NCBI RefSeq assembly: GCF_006345805.1
Contig: NC_043015.1
Location: 15,934,001 to 15,998,000 of the forward strand
Origin: Octopus sinensis
Lineage: Eukaryota
Direction: 5' to 3'
DNA: 64,000 nt
Shown: positions 8,978-22,200 of the stretch, piece by piece
How the letters are laid out: every line of letters starts with the position of its first letter
Position numbering within the stretch: the first letter of the stretch is position 1
Notes under the pieces: model-generated
Told to the model about the DNA's origin: nothing
Databases searched by the model: none
The model's input: the letters and a program-made list of their open reading frames with translations, nothing else
Program-made: the position numbers and the translations under genes

Positions 8978-10814
8978 GTAACAAAAATCTAGTTCAAATA
9001 TAGGGGTGGAGGAGAATATCTCTTGTGGTTAAAAAGGATAGAAGTTGTCTGTCATTTCAGGAAATAGAAGCTGACTTTAATAAATATAAAAAAAAAGAGT
9101 CTGTACATACGAGAAGTTTGTGAAGACGTATGGGTAATAGGGACAGTAATAAAGAAATGGTTAAAATCAAAATACATAGAATAAGGAGGAGGAGGAGGGA
9201 AAGGAAGGATGATAATATTGAGGGAAAATATAAGAAAATATAGAAATAAAATTAATATTTTAAAAAGATAAGACATTTCTATGTCGAGAGATGTAGTAAG
9301 AGTGGCAGTAATGAAAACCCGAGACAGAAGAAGGCCAAATTTTGAGAAAGAGGGTGAAATAAAGCAAAATGGAATAAATAAGAGTTTTTGTTTTTGTTAT
9401 ATTCCTTTAAACTGGAAACAAGTAAGAATTACATAGTGAGGTAAAAATAGAATTGATACTATTGCCATATAAAGTAAAAATAACTGAAATTGTCTACTCG
9501 ATTTGGTGATTGTTCCAAGCTGCCCACAGTGAAAAAAAAAAAAAAAAGAAAAGAAAAAGCTAAAAAAAGAAATTTCTTGTTAAATTTATTTGCATTTTAT
9601 CTTGAAGTTCTGTAACAAAAATCTGATTAATATACAAACACATTTGCATTAGCCATTAGTATGAATAAAGTACAAGTCAGTTTAAATTCCCAGTTATAAC
9701 CATTTCACTTTTGTTACATTGCTAATGTTCCCAGAAAAGAACCCCTCAACTTTCAGATTTATGTGTTAAACAATTATTTTATGGTTGTTTCAATTAATTT
9801 CCCATTTATTTCAGTCTTTTGTTTCAAACAATGCTTTATTTATGTGTTTGACTGCATCATGATAATTTCTGAATAGTCTCTTTATAATGTTCTTTGTCAT
9901 TAAAAGTGAACAATTTATTCTCTCTGTGAACGAGGCAATTATTCTTGATTATAGTCGATTATGTTAGCACTTACTTTGCTGCTGCCAAGAAGAATGACAT
10001 ACCAACTTCAAACCCCCATAGGGTATTTCAACTTAAAACTACCAGAATTTCAACTAAATACTTTAAAATATTTAGATCCACTCAATACTTGGCCATTCCT
10101 GCAACTCTCTCATCTCATGATATTGATTTCTTACACAACCAGTTGATGAAGAGAAAGGTTATAATAATTTAAAGCAAGCAGTATATATTGCTAGTACTTG
10201 TTTTATCAACAAAGTGAGCAGAGGAGTTGCAACTCAGAATGCAAAGGAACCAGACTGCTAGTATATTTATTCAAGAATCAACTGTTTGAGCCAAATTGCA
10301 ACCTCTCATATCAGAATGCATCTTTTACTAGCAGCTAAAATGGCTTTATTGCTAAGCTTAAATTCAAGTATACCAAATCAATAAGAGAACTTATGCATAG
10401 TCAATCCATATACTGAACAGCATAGACTAATTTCTCGGTCCCATTTGCTTCCTTTGAACTCAGGTCAACACCTTTAAATGTTTGAATTGTCAGCCATTTA
10501 TCCAAACCTGTGCAATGCAACCCTGGCCAAATGTGAAATGCTGGCTCCATTTTAAACCATCTATTATTTCAGTGATCTGTGCTTATCCATCTAATGTATG
10601 CATACATTGTGCGTGTGTGTGTGTGTGTGTGTAGTGTTTGTAATGTATTTTCAAATAACAAAAGACAATAAAAGAACTGTTACATCTAAATAAGGTAATT
10701 CTTTATCAAAGTATTTTTTATTTGTCTTTAACAGAGGGAGTATCTTACCCTCAGATCATAAGCCTATGATAACAGGTCCACCAGCGTCTCCACATATCAC
10801 AACAATGTAGAATG

Positions 10815-10941
10815 ATTGGCATTAGTAATGGCATCCAGTCATAGAAACCAAGCCAAAACAGACTGGAACCTGGTGCAGCCTACCAGCTCCAGTCTAACCC
10901 ATGCTAGCATGGAGAACAGACATTAAACGATGATGATGATG
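10815..10941 (+). mobile_element. SINE 3' part with (GAT)n tail
   Basis: GGCATCCAGTCATAGAAACC...AACCCATGCTAGCATGGAGAACAGACATTAAACGATGATGATG. Confidence 0.8.
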
Positions 10942-13072
10942 TTATTGTTTAACATCAGGCAGGCTATGATTTAGTAGAAGTATGATCAAAGACGTTCCAT
11001 CCATGACCATACATCTTTTTTTGTGTGTTCAGGTTACATTGTTCAATGTGTCATTTAGTTTTTAAAATGATTGGGTGTAATGTGAAGAAGACTTAGCTGC
11101 TTTTTCTAGCAAATCAAGTGACCACATAGAAGCACTCATATTCAGCTGACATTGAAACAGTGAAGAGGATAAAAGAAAAAGAATCTGACTAAATATTAAT
11201 ATCTAGTTTAATACATTACTGAATTAAAGTGCTCCCAGGTTCTGTTAGATCCATAAACAACAGTCAATGATGTGTGGGTGTCCTGTCACTCAACAAGGGA
11301 AAAAGATGGATCTGAGAAAGTGTAATAGTGGCAGGCTAATTAATACATTAGTCCTACTTAAGTAGTGTAGTGTTAATTTTAATTGACACTAAGATTAGAC
11401 ACTACTTTTAAATACAAACTTGAGACTGTGCGCTCTTCACTGGACACTGGTACTAATTTGTCCATATGCACATTTTAAAAAATACCCTTTCTCTTCTTTC
11501 TCCTTTGACTAGAATGATTTCTGATCTTTACAACTTCCTGACAGTATATCACCACCAACACTACCACCTACATTATCTTATTGCTTCTGCAGTATCTTCA
11601 GATTTGCTATTACTACTAAGTATCACACTCACTCCCTATCCATGTTTTCTCAATAATTTCAACTTGCAGGAATTAAAACTTAACATAATTATGTTCGTTA
11701 TGAAAATGATTAGGAAAATTACGGACACTAATGACTGGTAGGACATCTCACACCAATTTGAATAGAAAGAGAAATTTCTTTACTATTTCATCGCTGTACA
11801 AGAAAACGAGCCTCTATGTGGTCGCTCAACCTGTGAGAAATAGTCACTAGTTCTTCCTCTAACTGCATACTACTGTCTTAAACAAATCACTCAGGGTTAT
11901 CAACAAAAACTTTAAAAAGAAAATAAATAAATAATAACTATGTAAAAAAAAAACTAAAATAGTGTACACTCACGCTATTCTTATATAACCATGTTTTTGG
12001 ACCTATGCATAAATTATGATAAAATTAAATGAAATATTAAATAATATAAATTATTAATATGGTTCTCCCACTTTATATCATGTTCTATTTTTGTAATAAA
12101 TTGTGTTGAAAGCGTGGGGCCCAAATGCCTACAGCAGGAATATAATATCATTCATTCTATTGCCCAGGAAAAATAAAGACACAGATGTGAAAGAAATTGG
12201 AGATGATATTAAGAGCAACACATTTCTATATTTTGCTGACATAATGAGAAAATCATTTTTCTCTTCAGGAAGACACGTGACGCCTACTCAAAAGGAGACA
12301 CATGACATCTACTCACACTATCCTAAATTCTAGCAAGTAGATTAAATACTGATGGTAATACATTGGGAATTACAACTGTGTTTGTTTACTGACTTGTTTT
12401 AGGCGGATTTGCTTGGTCACCCCTCATCAGGATGTTATGTATTAGATCAGTTTTAATTTCAGTGTTTTAAGGATTTTTTTTATGCATAAAAAAAAAATTA
12501 TATTGAAACTTTTTCATTGTCATGTTTGAGATTCAGAAACCATGCTTAATACTGTTATGAACATGTAAGTAACTCTTTTCTGGTCTTACAGTCATGAAGA
12601 GTTGAAGTCTACATTGCAAACTAATGAATCAGTGATGTACTACCAATAGTATCTACTAATAGCTTAGTGGTACATTGCACTGTTAAAAGCTGGCTTTTAA
12701 GGTCCTTAACATAGTGCAACATCAGTGTTTGGCTAAAACCCATTAGTCCTCTACTTTTCATCTGGTTTCTAATCAGTTCATCCATTTGTTGCTCTTTGAT
12801 TTCTCTTTAGCAATGGTTACTTAAACAATTATCATAGACTATAAGTACAGAACCAATACACTATGGGTTATTAATAAATTCTCAAGTGATAAATGTACAA
12901 GTAGTTTCATTAGGAAAGTAAACCATGTGATTAAACCACAGGTTTTCAGCAGCTTGGAATGGATACAAAACTCACAACTTTCATTGTTCATTAAAGACTC
13001 ATCAACAATCATCTACCCTAGTCTTCCAAACTACCAGAATGGTATAGTGTAGAACTACTTATAAAGTAATCT

Positions 13073-13108
13073 CTGATGAGTTTTTAAACGAGGATGAAAC
13101 AAATTGTT
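13073..13108 (+). ncRNA. Decayed hammerhead core
   Basis: CTGATGA-GTTTTT(AAAC)GAGGAT-GAAAC-AAATT-GTT; stem II reverts to GTCCTC/GAGGAC by C>T changes only; no stem I. Confidence 0.45.
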
Positions 13109-13168
13109 TTGCCCCTCATTCCAAGATATTGACAGCCTGTTGTTTAACCAACGAGCATCCTTCTACAG

Positions 13169-13469
13169 TAGGGGTTCTCAACCATTTTTTTTTATCTATG
13201 GACCACTTTGATTATTATTTTATTCTAATGGACACCCATAGCCATTCAATGTTTAAAAACTAGTGTTATAGAAACCTCTGTCAAAATTCCTGTTTTGTTT
13301 TTCACCCATTAACTTGTGTTGGTTGAATTATGTAAAATGTAAGAGAAAGAAACCTAGATGTTTCTTGCAATACATACACCTAAAGCAAACCTTTTCAGAG
13401 GCCCTTAAAATACTCTCATGGATCCCCAATTTAGTATTTTGTTGCACGGACTCCAGTTGAGAACTACTC
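13169..13469. mobile_element. hAT-type MITE
   Basis: TIRs TAGGGGTTCTCAAC / GTTGAGAACTACTC and a perfect 8 bp TSD TTCTACAG (13161-68, 13470-77). Confidence 0.9.
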
Positions 13470-14013
13470 TTCTACAGTGACACAACATATGACTGACTGA
13501 ACCTATAAATGTGACTCCATTATTGTATTTATCATTAGATAGATTTAGCTTATTGCTTCCACACTTATACTGTTCCAACTATGTCTCACTTTCCCTTTCC
13601 CATCTCAGTAACTCACCCAGTTGACCATACACACGCTTCTGACCTCTTAAACTGACTGATTTAATTTTTCTGGATTTTCAAAGGAAAATACAGCTAAAAA
13701 TGCAAATTTGCCTCGTGCTCAATGCATTTTAACTATACAAGAATAAATTTTCTGCCAATCATTAAGATAAATGTTCTAGCAATCATGACGTTGATACTCC
13801 AGCTTCCATAATAGTATATTTTAACTTCACTACTTGTCATATAACACTTATATAACACTATATTTATCATATATATAATTTATTGTAACCATCTGTTTCC
13901 TATTAAGATTATATATCAAAGAAATACCCAGAAATTATAAATTAAATACTTATTAATTGATACAAAATTTAACTATACACATAAACAAATACACATCTAT
14001 ACACACGCATATG

Positions 14014-14063
<50 letters not shown>

Positions 14064-15127
14064 ATATATGTATGTATGATATATATATATATCTTTTCAT
14101 CAGTAGCAAACAATTTGTATATTACACCAATCATTTTTCTTTTCTCCCTCCCCTCAACTCTATAATGAAACATCTGTTTAGATAAAACTCACATTTCACC
14201 TGTATTTCTTTACTAAATTCTATCTTCTTGAGGAAATTTCCCCCTGAGCATTGACAGTAGAGCTTCTAATTTCCCTCTTAAACTAGGTAAATAGAAACAT
14301 AAATATTTACACAAAACTTCATTTTCTTACATCAATTCAAGTAAGTGTTCAACATTATGTGCGGGTTTTTATGATTTGACAGCAGATAGCTTCATCATTT
14401 ATAATAAATATTTATAAAACCATACGAGCTTGTTAATTTAAGCAAAACCTATGTATAAATGTAGTTCTACATAGTTTATTATAAATATACTTTATTAGAA
14501 AGGGGTTGTCCTCCTCTGCTTTATTACCAGATTAAGCATTTAAAAACGATTATTCTAACCACTAATGGAGTAATTTTAGTTAATTATAATTTCTTACCTT
14601 ATTAGATAAAATAATACTAGTGCCAACCTTACTGTTAAGTTTCTATGCAGTGGGCACGCCTGAGTATTTTTCTTGATCATTCTTTTAAATTAAAACACCT
14701 CCCTGTCTTTATTCATAAAAATACTTCCCTAGTCATTCTGGTATCTATTAAGACCGAAATATCAGAAATTGACACTATATTCCTAAAGATCAGACTTTCA
14801 TATTTAATTCATTTGAATTTAATTTTCTGAGTTGTCTCCCCTGCATTTTTTATTCTTTCTTTAACCTGACGATACAGTCAAAAATATCCTTTTGCTCTTC
14901 ATGCATCACTAGATTGGGATGTAACACCAGTTTCTATTGTGTTAACAGATGAAGCAACACATTTCTTCATCAATAACATTGCTGACATTTTCCTCCCTGT
15001 CCTTGGAACCTTTTGTTTAGCCTCTAGTCAGAGCTATGGTCAAAGATATTTTGAGCTATGATCATTCCATCTTTTACTTAAAATATGTAGGACTGCTCTC
15101 GGTAGAACCTAGAAAGTTAAGTATTTT

Positions 15128-15330
15128 TAGGCACAAGCAGCTGTGTGGTAAGAAGCTTGCTTCCTAACCACATGGCTCCAGATTCAGTCCCACTGTGTGG
15201 TACCTTGGGCAAGTATCTTCTACCATAGTCTCATGCCCTGTGAGTGGAGTTGGTAGATGGAAACTGAATGCAGCCCATCGTATATATATGTATGCGTGTC
15301 TTTGTGTCTCTGTTTGTCCTCCACAACTCA
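15128..15330 (+). mobile_element. tRNA-derived SINE (5' half)
   Basis: A-box-like GCTGTGTGGTAAG, B-box-like GATTCAGTCCC, then ACCTTGGGCAAGTATCTTCTAC; homologous to 2291-2421, 41350-41465 and 51666-51822. Confidence 0.85.
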
Positions 15331-17703
15331 GAAAATATCGATCATGCTGAATCTTCAATCTTTCAATTTACAAACATTTAATGATGAACATCACAGTAAA
15401 ACAAACTGAAAGAAAGTACTATGAATTCAAATAAAAGAAAACTGTTATTGTAAATAATTGGCAGTATAATGAAACGATGTGAGAAACTGATTCTGGTAAA
15501 AGTCAACTGATTCATTTAATTTTACATTTCATTTTATCTTTCATTAAAAATGAATAAACTGAAATTTATTCTCTACTAATGTTTAATACATTATATAATA
15601 ATGATTAATACATTTGAGACACCAGGTAAACTCATGTAAAATAAGTTGAGAGATTATCTGAAATTCTATGTATGGGCCAATATTTACTTTTTATGAGATT
15701 CCACCTCCAATTGTACTGTTACATCCCTGGGATTTACAAAACGAATGTGGTGGTTTCACAAAAATGTAAATCAATTTCTGTTTATTGACAATTTTTAATC
15801 ATTGCTGATTATTAATGATTTGCTTTTGCACTTGATTTTAGTTTGTTTCACTTAGTTCACAGCTAATATATGTTCAATCATACCAATCATAGTAAACACC
15901 CAAAGTGTCTCATAGGATCAACCCTATGTTAGCAAGCAAAGACTTTAAGCAAATGGTCACCACAAACATATAATTACATATTCATATTAGGAACAAGAAC
16001 CTAAGTTTACTATTTAACTGACAGAGTAGATGGTGCTTAATAAATTAGACATGTATAATGAGTAAGATACAAATTAAAAGACTGATAAACTATAACATTT
16101 GTCTAAGTTTAAAATGGCTTGTCAGCATTACATCAAAATTCTTTAACTATAAAAATAAAGAAATGCTGAGATGAACAGTCATCATTTTTCAACATACAAC
16201 TTGGGCAACATGGTACTGATTGAAGTCTACTATCTGATAAACAACTAGGTAAAGTAATCTTTTTTCTGGATGGTGTCTGAGATAAAGGGTCACTGCTGAC
16301 TATTGCGACTAACAGACTACCAAACTAATATGAGACAAATATAGGTCAGAATAGGTAGGAGTAAATGCTCAAAAGTTTTTAAATGGTATCTACGAAGATG
16401 AAGATAAGAAGAGCTGACAAAAATTTGTTGGGTTTTTTTCTTTTTCTTTTAAGATTTTCTGGTAGATAGCAAAAAAATAAATATAAATAGAAACAAAAGG
16501 CTTAAAAAGAACTTTGCTGGAATTTTATAGAACACACCATGAAGAGTGATAAACAAGTTGAAATTCTACATTTTAAAGTTATGAAAAGCATCAAGACATA
16601 AGTAGATGATGAAAATATCAAGTTTTTTTTTTTTTTATTATTGTAATTAAAATAAAATCTAAAAAGAAAATGTGTAATCAAAGTAAGAAAATGTTTTCAT
16701 TTCCCACCTTTCACCACCAAGTATTAAGTATTTAAAAGCATCTGAGAAAATTATGATAAAAATTATGTTTGCCAGTTTCCGACAAATTTTCAGATAAGGG
16801 ATTTTAACATATAACTACATTATGTTTAATTAATTAACATTTTTCATAAAAGAAAAACCAAGTAAAATTAATAACAAATATTGAATACAGTGTTTTTTAT
16901 TGTATGAAATGCATTTCTCTGCCATGTATCTGGTATTTTATATCAACATTTCTCTCTATACTACTAATTAGCATGACTCGAACTTCATTGTTGCGAACAT
17001 TAATGGTAACCCACTGTTATATGACATAACTTCAAAGCAACATATTTCTATGGAACAAGAGATTTGGGGTTTTTTTTTTACTAAATTACCTATATTAATA
17101 TTGCTTACACAGGCTACTATTTGTTGACTAGCTTACATCAATATTTATAGTATTGCTATAAGGGCAGTGGAGATGGTGGGAATAGTAGCACACTGGACAA
17201 AATGTAATTTCACATTTTGTTCCATCCACTTTAATAAAAATTCTGCATTGCCAGATTCTACATTGTATTCCATGAATTCAAGAATACTTGCTTCAACCAA
17301 ATTCTCTTTACTTATGTTACTGATGCCCTTAGAAATGGGATGACTATTGCAACATCACATTTCTTCACTGCTAACATTTGCCTAAATAAAACAATGTTTT
17401 ATTTAGGATTTGTACTCAGTACTATATGAGAACTAAAGTGATTAAAATTGTTCTCTTGATTAATAAACCTTTTACCAGCTATTATTTCTGTTCTAGAAGA
17501 ACCAGAAATAATAGGAGATTAGCATTCATGAGTAAAAAGTCAGTTTTTGAAATTAAATACATTAACAAATAACATATTGAGAGTTAAGATTATTCTTCTA
17601 CATATTTCATATTTTCTCTTGATACATACTGACAATTAATACTGTTCAAAGTAAGGACTATGCTTCCAAGCATAATTCTCTCAATTTGATAGAATTGCAG
17701 AAC

Positions 17704-17777
17704 AATTCGTTTAGCTTAGAAGTAATGCACTTGATGCATAATCACAGGGATGTGAGTTCAAGTCTCATGACTGGCCA
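17704..17777 (+). pseudogene. Degenerate tRNA(Met)-like sequence or orphan SINE head
   Basis: TAGCTTAG A-box-like, CATAATC loop, GTGAGTTCAAGTCTCA T-arm-like; stems are poorly paired. Confidence 0.35.
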
Positions 17778-17913
17778 GTAACGATTTTTTTCTGCAATAT
17801 ATGGATAGTTTATCCTGTTCATGCTATTGAATTAACATTATGCATTTGAGAATAAATTATTTCTGTATCTTTCAATACATCTCAACGCTTCTAAAGCAAA
17901 CTTTGTAAGTTGA

Positions 17914-17950
<37 letters not shown>

Positions 17951-17979
17951 GTACAGGATGTCACCAACTGTGTAAACAA

Positions 17980-18170
17980 CAGATTGGAGCAATCTCGAGT
18001 ATAACCAGCCAAAATTGCAAAGAAAATCTGGAACTCGACTAAGGAAAGAAAACTCTGAATGACCCATCCTTGTTTTCTTAGTATCCTTTATCTGCATGTT
18101 TTGTTTCCCCCTTTTTTCTATCACCTAACTGTCTGGATGTTTTGCATTCTTGTCCCATTTTGTATTTTTT
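17980..18170 (+). mobile_element. Structured repeat family, copy 1 (copy 2 at 31004-31175)
   Basis: Shared CAGATTGGAGCA.TCTC.AGT.TAACCAG...ATCTGGAACTCGACT...AATGACCCATCCTTGTTTTT...CTAACTGTCT.GATGTTTT. Confidence 0.8.
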
Positions 18171-18489
18171 ATATATACAGATATATGTGTATATATATAT
18201 ATAGATGTATATATATATAAATATAGCCACGAAACACGTGTCGTTATTCTACCAAATATATATGTTTTATTTATTATTTTGCACATTACTTAATCATCGT
18301 TATATGTTTTAACTTATATTTAATCTTTTTATAATATGTAATTTTTCTAAATGGTATAACTTAATTTTTCATTATTGAATTGATAAAAGGTGGTTTTTTT
18401 CTAATTTATATATATATATATATTATATTTTGTGAAATTTGATTTAGTTTTCCTAAATTGAATTTTTTCCTGTAATATTCCCTCATATT

Positions 18490-18589
<100 letters not shown>

Positions 18590-18659
18590 AAGATGTAAAT
18601 ATATATATATGTATATATGTGTATATATATGTATATATATGTGTGTGTGTGTATATATA

Positions 18660-18898
18660 AAGATTCAAGCGAGGTTGTTGCCAGCACCGCCTGACTGGCC
18701 CCCGCGCCCGTGGCACATAAAATCACCCACTACACTCTCGGAGTGGTTGGCTTCAGGAAGGGCATCCAGCTGTAGAAACTCTACCAGATCAAGACTGGAG
18801 TCTGGTGCAGTCATCTGGTTCACCAATCCTCAGTCAAATTGTCCAACCCATGCTAGCATGGAAAGCGGACGTTAAACGATGATGATGATGATGATGAT
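18660..18898 (+). mobile_element. SINE (5'-truncated, relatively young) with (GAT)n tail, inside a microsatellite
   Basis: CpG retained; GGAGTGGTTGGC.TCAGGAAGGGCATCCAGCTGTAGAAAC...AACCCATGCTAGCATGGAAAGCGGACGTTAAACGATGATG. Confidence 0.9.
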
Positions 18899-19155
18899 AC
18901 ATATATATGTGTGTGTATATGTATGTAATAGCATATATATATATGTATATATATATATGTATGTATGTATATATATATGTGCATATATATATGTATGTAT
19001 ATATATATGTGCATATATATATGTATGTATATATATGCATACATGTATGTATATATATACATATATGTATGTATATATATACACACACACAGAAACTTCT
19101 TTCTGAATCAACTCTTTTGTAGATAATGTTTCCACAAAACAAATTATTCAAAGAA

Positions 19156-19187
<32 letters not shown>

Positions 19188-19439
19188 CAGTGCAGTTGCT
19201 GAAATCTTGCTAGTTTATTTATAGCATACTGTGAGCTATTACTTTTTGACTAGGCTTATGATATCCAATATTATAAGGAAAGAGGAAATTAGAATTAAAA
19301 TTTCAGTTCATTTCCCAGAACATTAATGGTGTAAATGAAATGAAATGGCTTCAGCAAAGATGGGAACTGCATGGCAATTTCTGTTTTCCTGTGCAAGCCA
19401 GTAATAAGAATTACTTTCTACTTTATAATATTGGTTTCA

Positions 19440-19578
19440 AATTTTGGCACAAGACCAGCAAGTTTGGCCGAAAGGTTAAGTTGATTACATCAACTCCAGT
19501 GTTTGACTGGTACTTATGTTACCAACCCGGAAAGGTTGAAATTTAAAGTTGACCTCAGCAGAATTTGAACTCAAAATC
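19440..19578 (-). mobile_element. Core-domain SINE, diverged
   Basis: GACTGGTACTTATGTTACCAACCCGGAAAGGTTGAA...GTTGACCTCAGCAGAATTTGAACTCA matches 7295-7365. Confidence 0.75.
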
Positions 19579-20894
19579 TCTTTCCTTCAGCCAATTATTG
19601 ACATTTATCATCAAAATCACTAGAATCTCACCATTTCTCTTTGTATTGGTCATGGATCACCTCTGTGTCATACCAACTGAGTAGAATACAATACATGTCC
19701 ATTGTTTACAGTAGCTAACATTAAAGCCAGGATCCTCTGCATCATCTTAATCTTCTAAAAATTAGTTGGCTGATTTTATTGGAACTGTTTCCTTTGTTTG
19801 AAGTTTTTGGATTTTAGACACTTTTAAAGGGAGCTTTTGTCTACAAATTGCATAGATAGTTAATTGAAATTTTTCTACTCACTAAATTGCATTGGAAAAA
19901 TTCTATCCACATGCAAGGATGTTCACCAAAGTTTAGCCATAAGAAGAAACGTGAGAGGTATAGTTCATTAAAAAACAAGTTTTATTTATTTCATAAATCC
20001 CAAAAGAAATGTCATTCTAGGCAGGATGTGAACTCAACACTGTAATATATGAAAACAGATGCCATAAATTATCAAATTTGCCATTCTACTGTCTCAGCCA
20101 GTTACATGCTACATTTATCCCACTTGTAAAATATTATTTGAAAGAAAACATTGGCTATGAGGCATACAGCTGAAACATACTATTACCCAAGAAAGATTGG
20201 TTATGATGTAAACATGAAAATATAAAGTAGCAATTATTTAATGACAACTACTCAGAGGTAGATAACTCTACACAATATAATCAGTAAGTATCTTGATAAA
20301 ATAATTCATCTACACTATTAGATGAAACTGAGCTCAATACTATAAGGCAAATCTTTTTTCTTTTTCTTTTTCTTTTTTTTTTTGTTTTACTTCAACAAGA
20401 ATTACAATAGTTGCAAGGTTAAAGTGTTGACCTACTGTTAATATGGTCATATGTTTTATGTTTTCCTAGGCAAGATATATATTACTTGCTTACTACTCAC
20501 TTTTCCTGTATAGAAAGGTAATGACAACAGTTATGAGAAGCTAGCTGAAACATCTTTTTCATAGTGCTAGGAAAATTTCTACTTTGTTGTTGCCATAAAT
20601 AAAATGAATCTTCAAATGAAGAGTGTTTGGAATAAGAAATTAAGTATAAAATACTTTGATAAGAAATCATTATCCAACTTTACAAGCTAGGGACAAATGT
20701 CTATTGTTATAGAAATTGGATTAATGAAAGCAAGTACAAAGCTATTAAAAGCTCCGCTTGACATTTATTATAAAAAATATATGTTTACACACACACACAC
20801 ACACACACACACAGCAATGGCTAAATATGTATTTATTAAAAATATGTATATGATGTTTTGTGTGTATATATATATATATATATATCAGCAGCAG

Positions 20895-21075
20895 CTGCAT
20901 TTAAGGCCCCCTTTTCAGGCTGGCTTTGGTTGGATGGTTTTGACAAGAACAGAAGAGCGAAAATCCCTCCTCCACCTAGTTCTATGTCTGTTTTGGCATT
21001 GTTTCTATTATTGGATGCCCTTCCTAATGCCAACCACTTAACACAGTTTACTTGGTGATTTTTACATTGCACTGA
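20895..21075 (-). mobile_element. Old (GAT)n-tail SINE fragment
   Basis: TTGGATGCCCTTCCTAATGCCAACCACT matches 5620-5645. Confidence 0.65.
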
Positions 21076-21184
21076 TACCAGTGAGGTTATCAAGTACCCA
21101 CAAGATAAAACCCCAGCAACTGAGTGGGGAATGGTCTGGAGGAATAAGAATCTATGGTAGAGGGAGAGGAGCAGGTGTCTTGGT

Positions 21185-21345
21185 GCAATCTGCCTTTCAT
21201 TCTGAGAGAGAGGCCTTTTGTTACCAAGAGTGGTAAAAGCTTTCTGAACTTTCTCCAGCCAGTTTCTATTCTAGCAACTATATAGCATCCTCCTCCACTG
21301 CTAATTAAATCAGCTGGATAAGAGAAACTATTTACCACTTCTAGG
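21185..21345 (-). mobile_element. RTE-clade LINE fragment (RT C-terminal region)
   Basis: ORF 21090-21338 gives VNSFSYPADLISSGGGC..ARIETGWRKFRKLLPLLVTKGLSLRMKGRLH, homologous to 63760-63920. Confidence 0.85.
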
Positions 21346-21988
21346 GCGCCCTCTGGGCTTTTCCAACTATCTATATCCTCATCCTACACATACACACTAT
21401 ATGTATGCATAGATTTGCAAATATGTATACATATTAAGAAACATTAACAATGTTCCATACAAAAATGGAAGCTAATGAAGCAGAAAAATCTTGATTTTAT
21501 ACATTGATCAGAATTCCACAAAGGTATTAACATTGTCTTCCATTCATCCCAGGTCAATAAAATAAATAGTATAGGTAAACAAAATTAGCTTTGTCCTGCA
21601 ATGAAATGATTATTTTAAAAATATTTTTATCCTGAAGGCATAGTTTTTAAGCTAGAAAAAATAAGAACATATTAAGCTGAGTTCAAGACAAGTAAATATA
21701 ATATCAGGTGCCAATGGAACTAATTTATTTGCAAACTAGAGATATTAAATATAATTTCAACTTTAAATTATATTTAATATATCTAACATATCTATATTCA
21801 GAAGAATAGTGAAACCAAGTTGAAAATGTGATACAAAAACCTTTAACTTTCCCAGAGACAAGAAATCTCTTAAAAGGTGTTTTATTCTTCTAGACAGAAC
21901 CTATTTATCTTAAAGTAGTGTTCCAGCATCTCTAGAAGCACAACAAATCAAAATACTAAAAAAAAAAGGGAAAAAAGAAAACTAATCT

Positions 21989-22200
21989 TTAACCCTTTCT
22001 GATACCAACCCACCTGAAACCATTCCTAGTTCTATGTTACAAACTTCTTATTTTGAAGTATTTTAAATTAAAACCTATCATTTAGATTTCATGCTAATTT
22101 AATTTCCAAACATCTGCTTAATAATTATAATCATTTTACTAAATTCTTCATTGTTTTCAAAATTGCTTGAAACAAAGACATTTCAGACAGATTCTTTGCC
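21989..22200. mobile_element. Diverged piggyBac-like MITE (family of 33780-33998)
   Basis: Starts TTAA-CCCTTTCTGATACCAACC and aligns by eye to 33780 onward; right end unclear. Confidence 0.55.

Noticed and set aside
9850-10480. ORFs 9945-10172 and 9961-10146
   Set aside because: Weak resemblance to a decayed LINE RT C-terminus; too degenerate to call and not a host exon.
12391-12430. Minus-strand CTGATGA-GGGG...CCT-AAAACAAGTC hammerhead-like motif
   Set aside because: G12 is A, stem II is only 3 bp, stem III is not palindromic and stem I is unpaired; at most a fossil.
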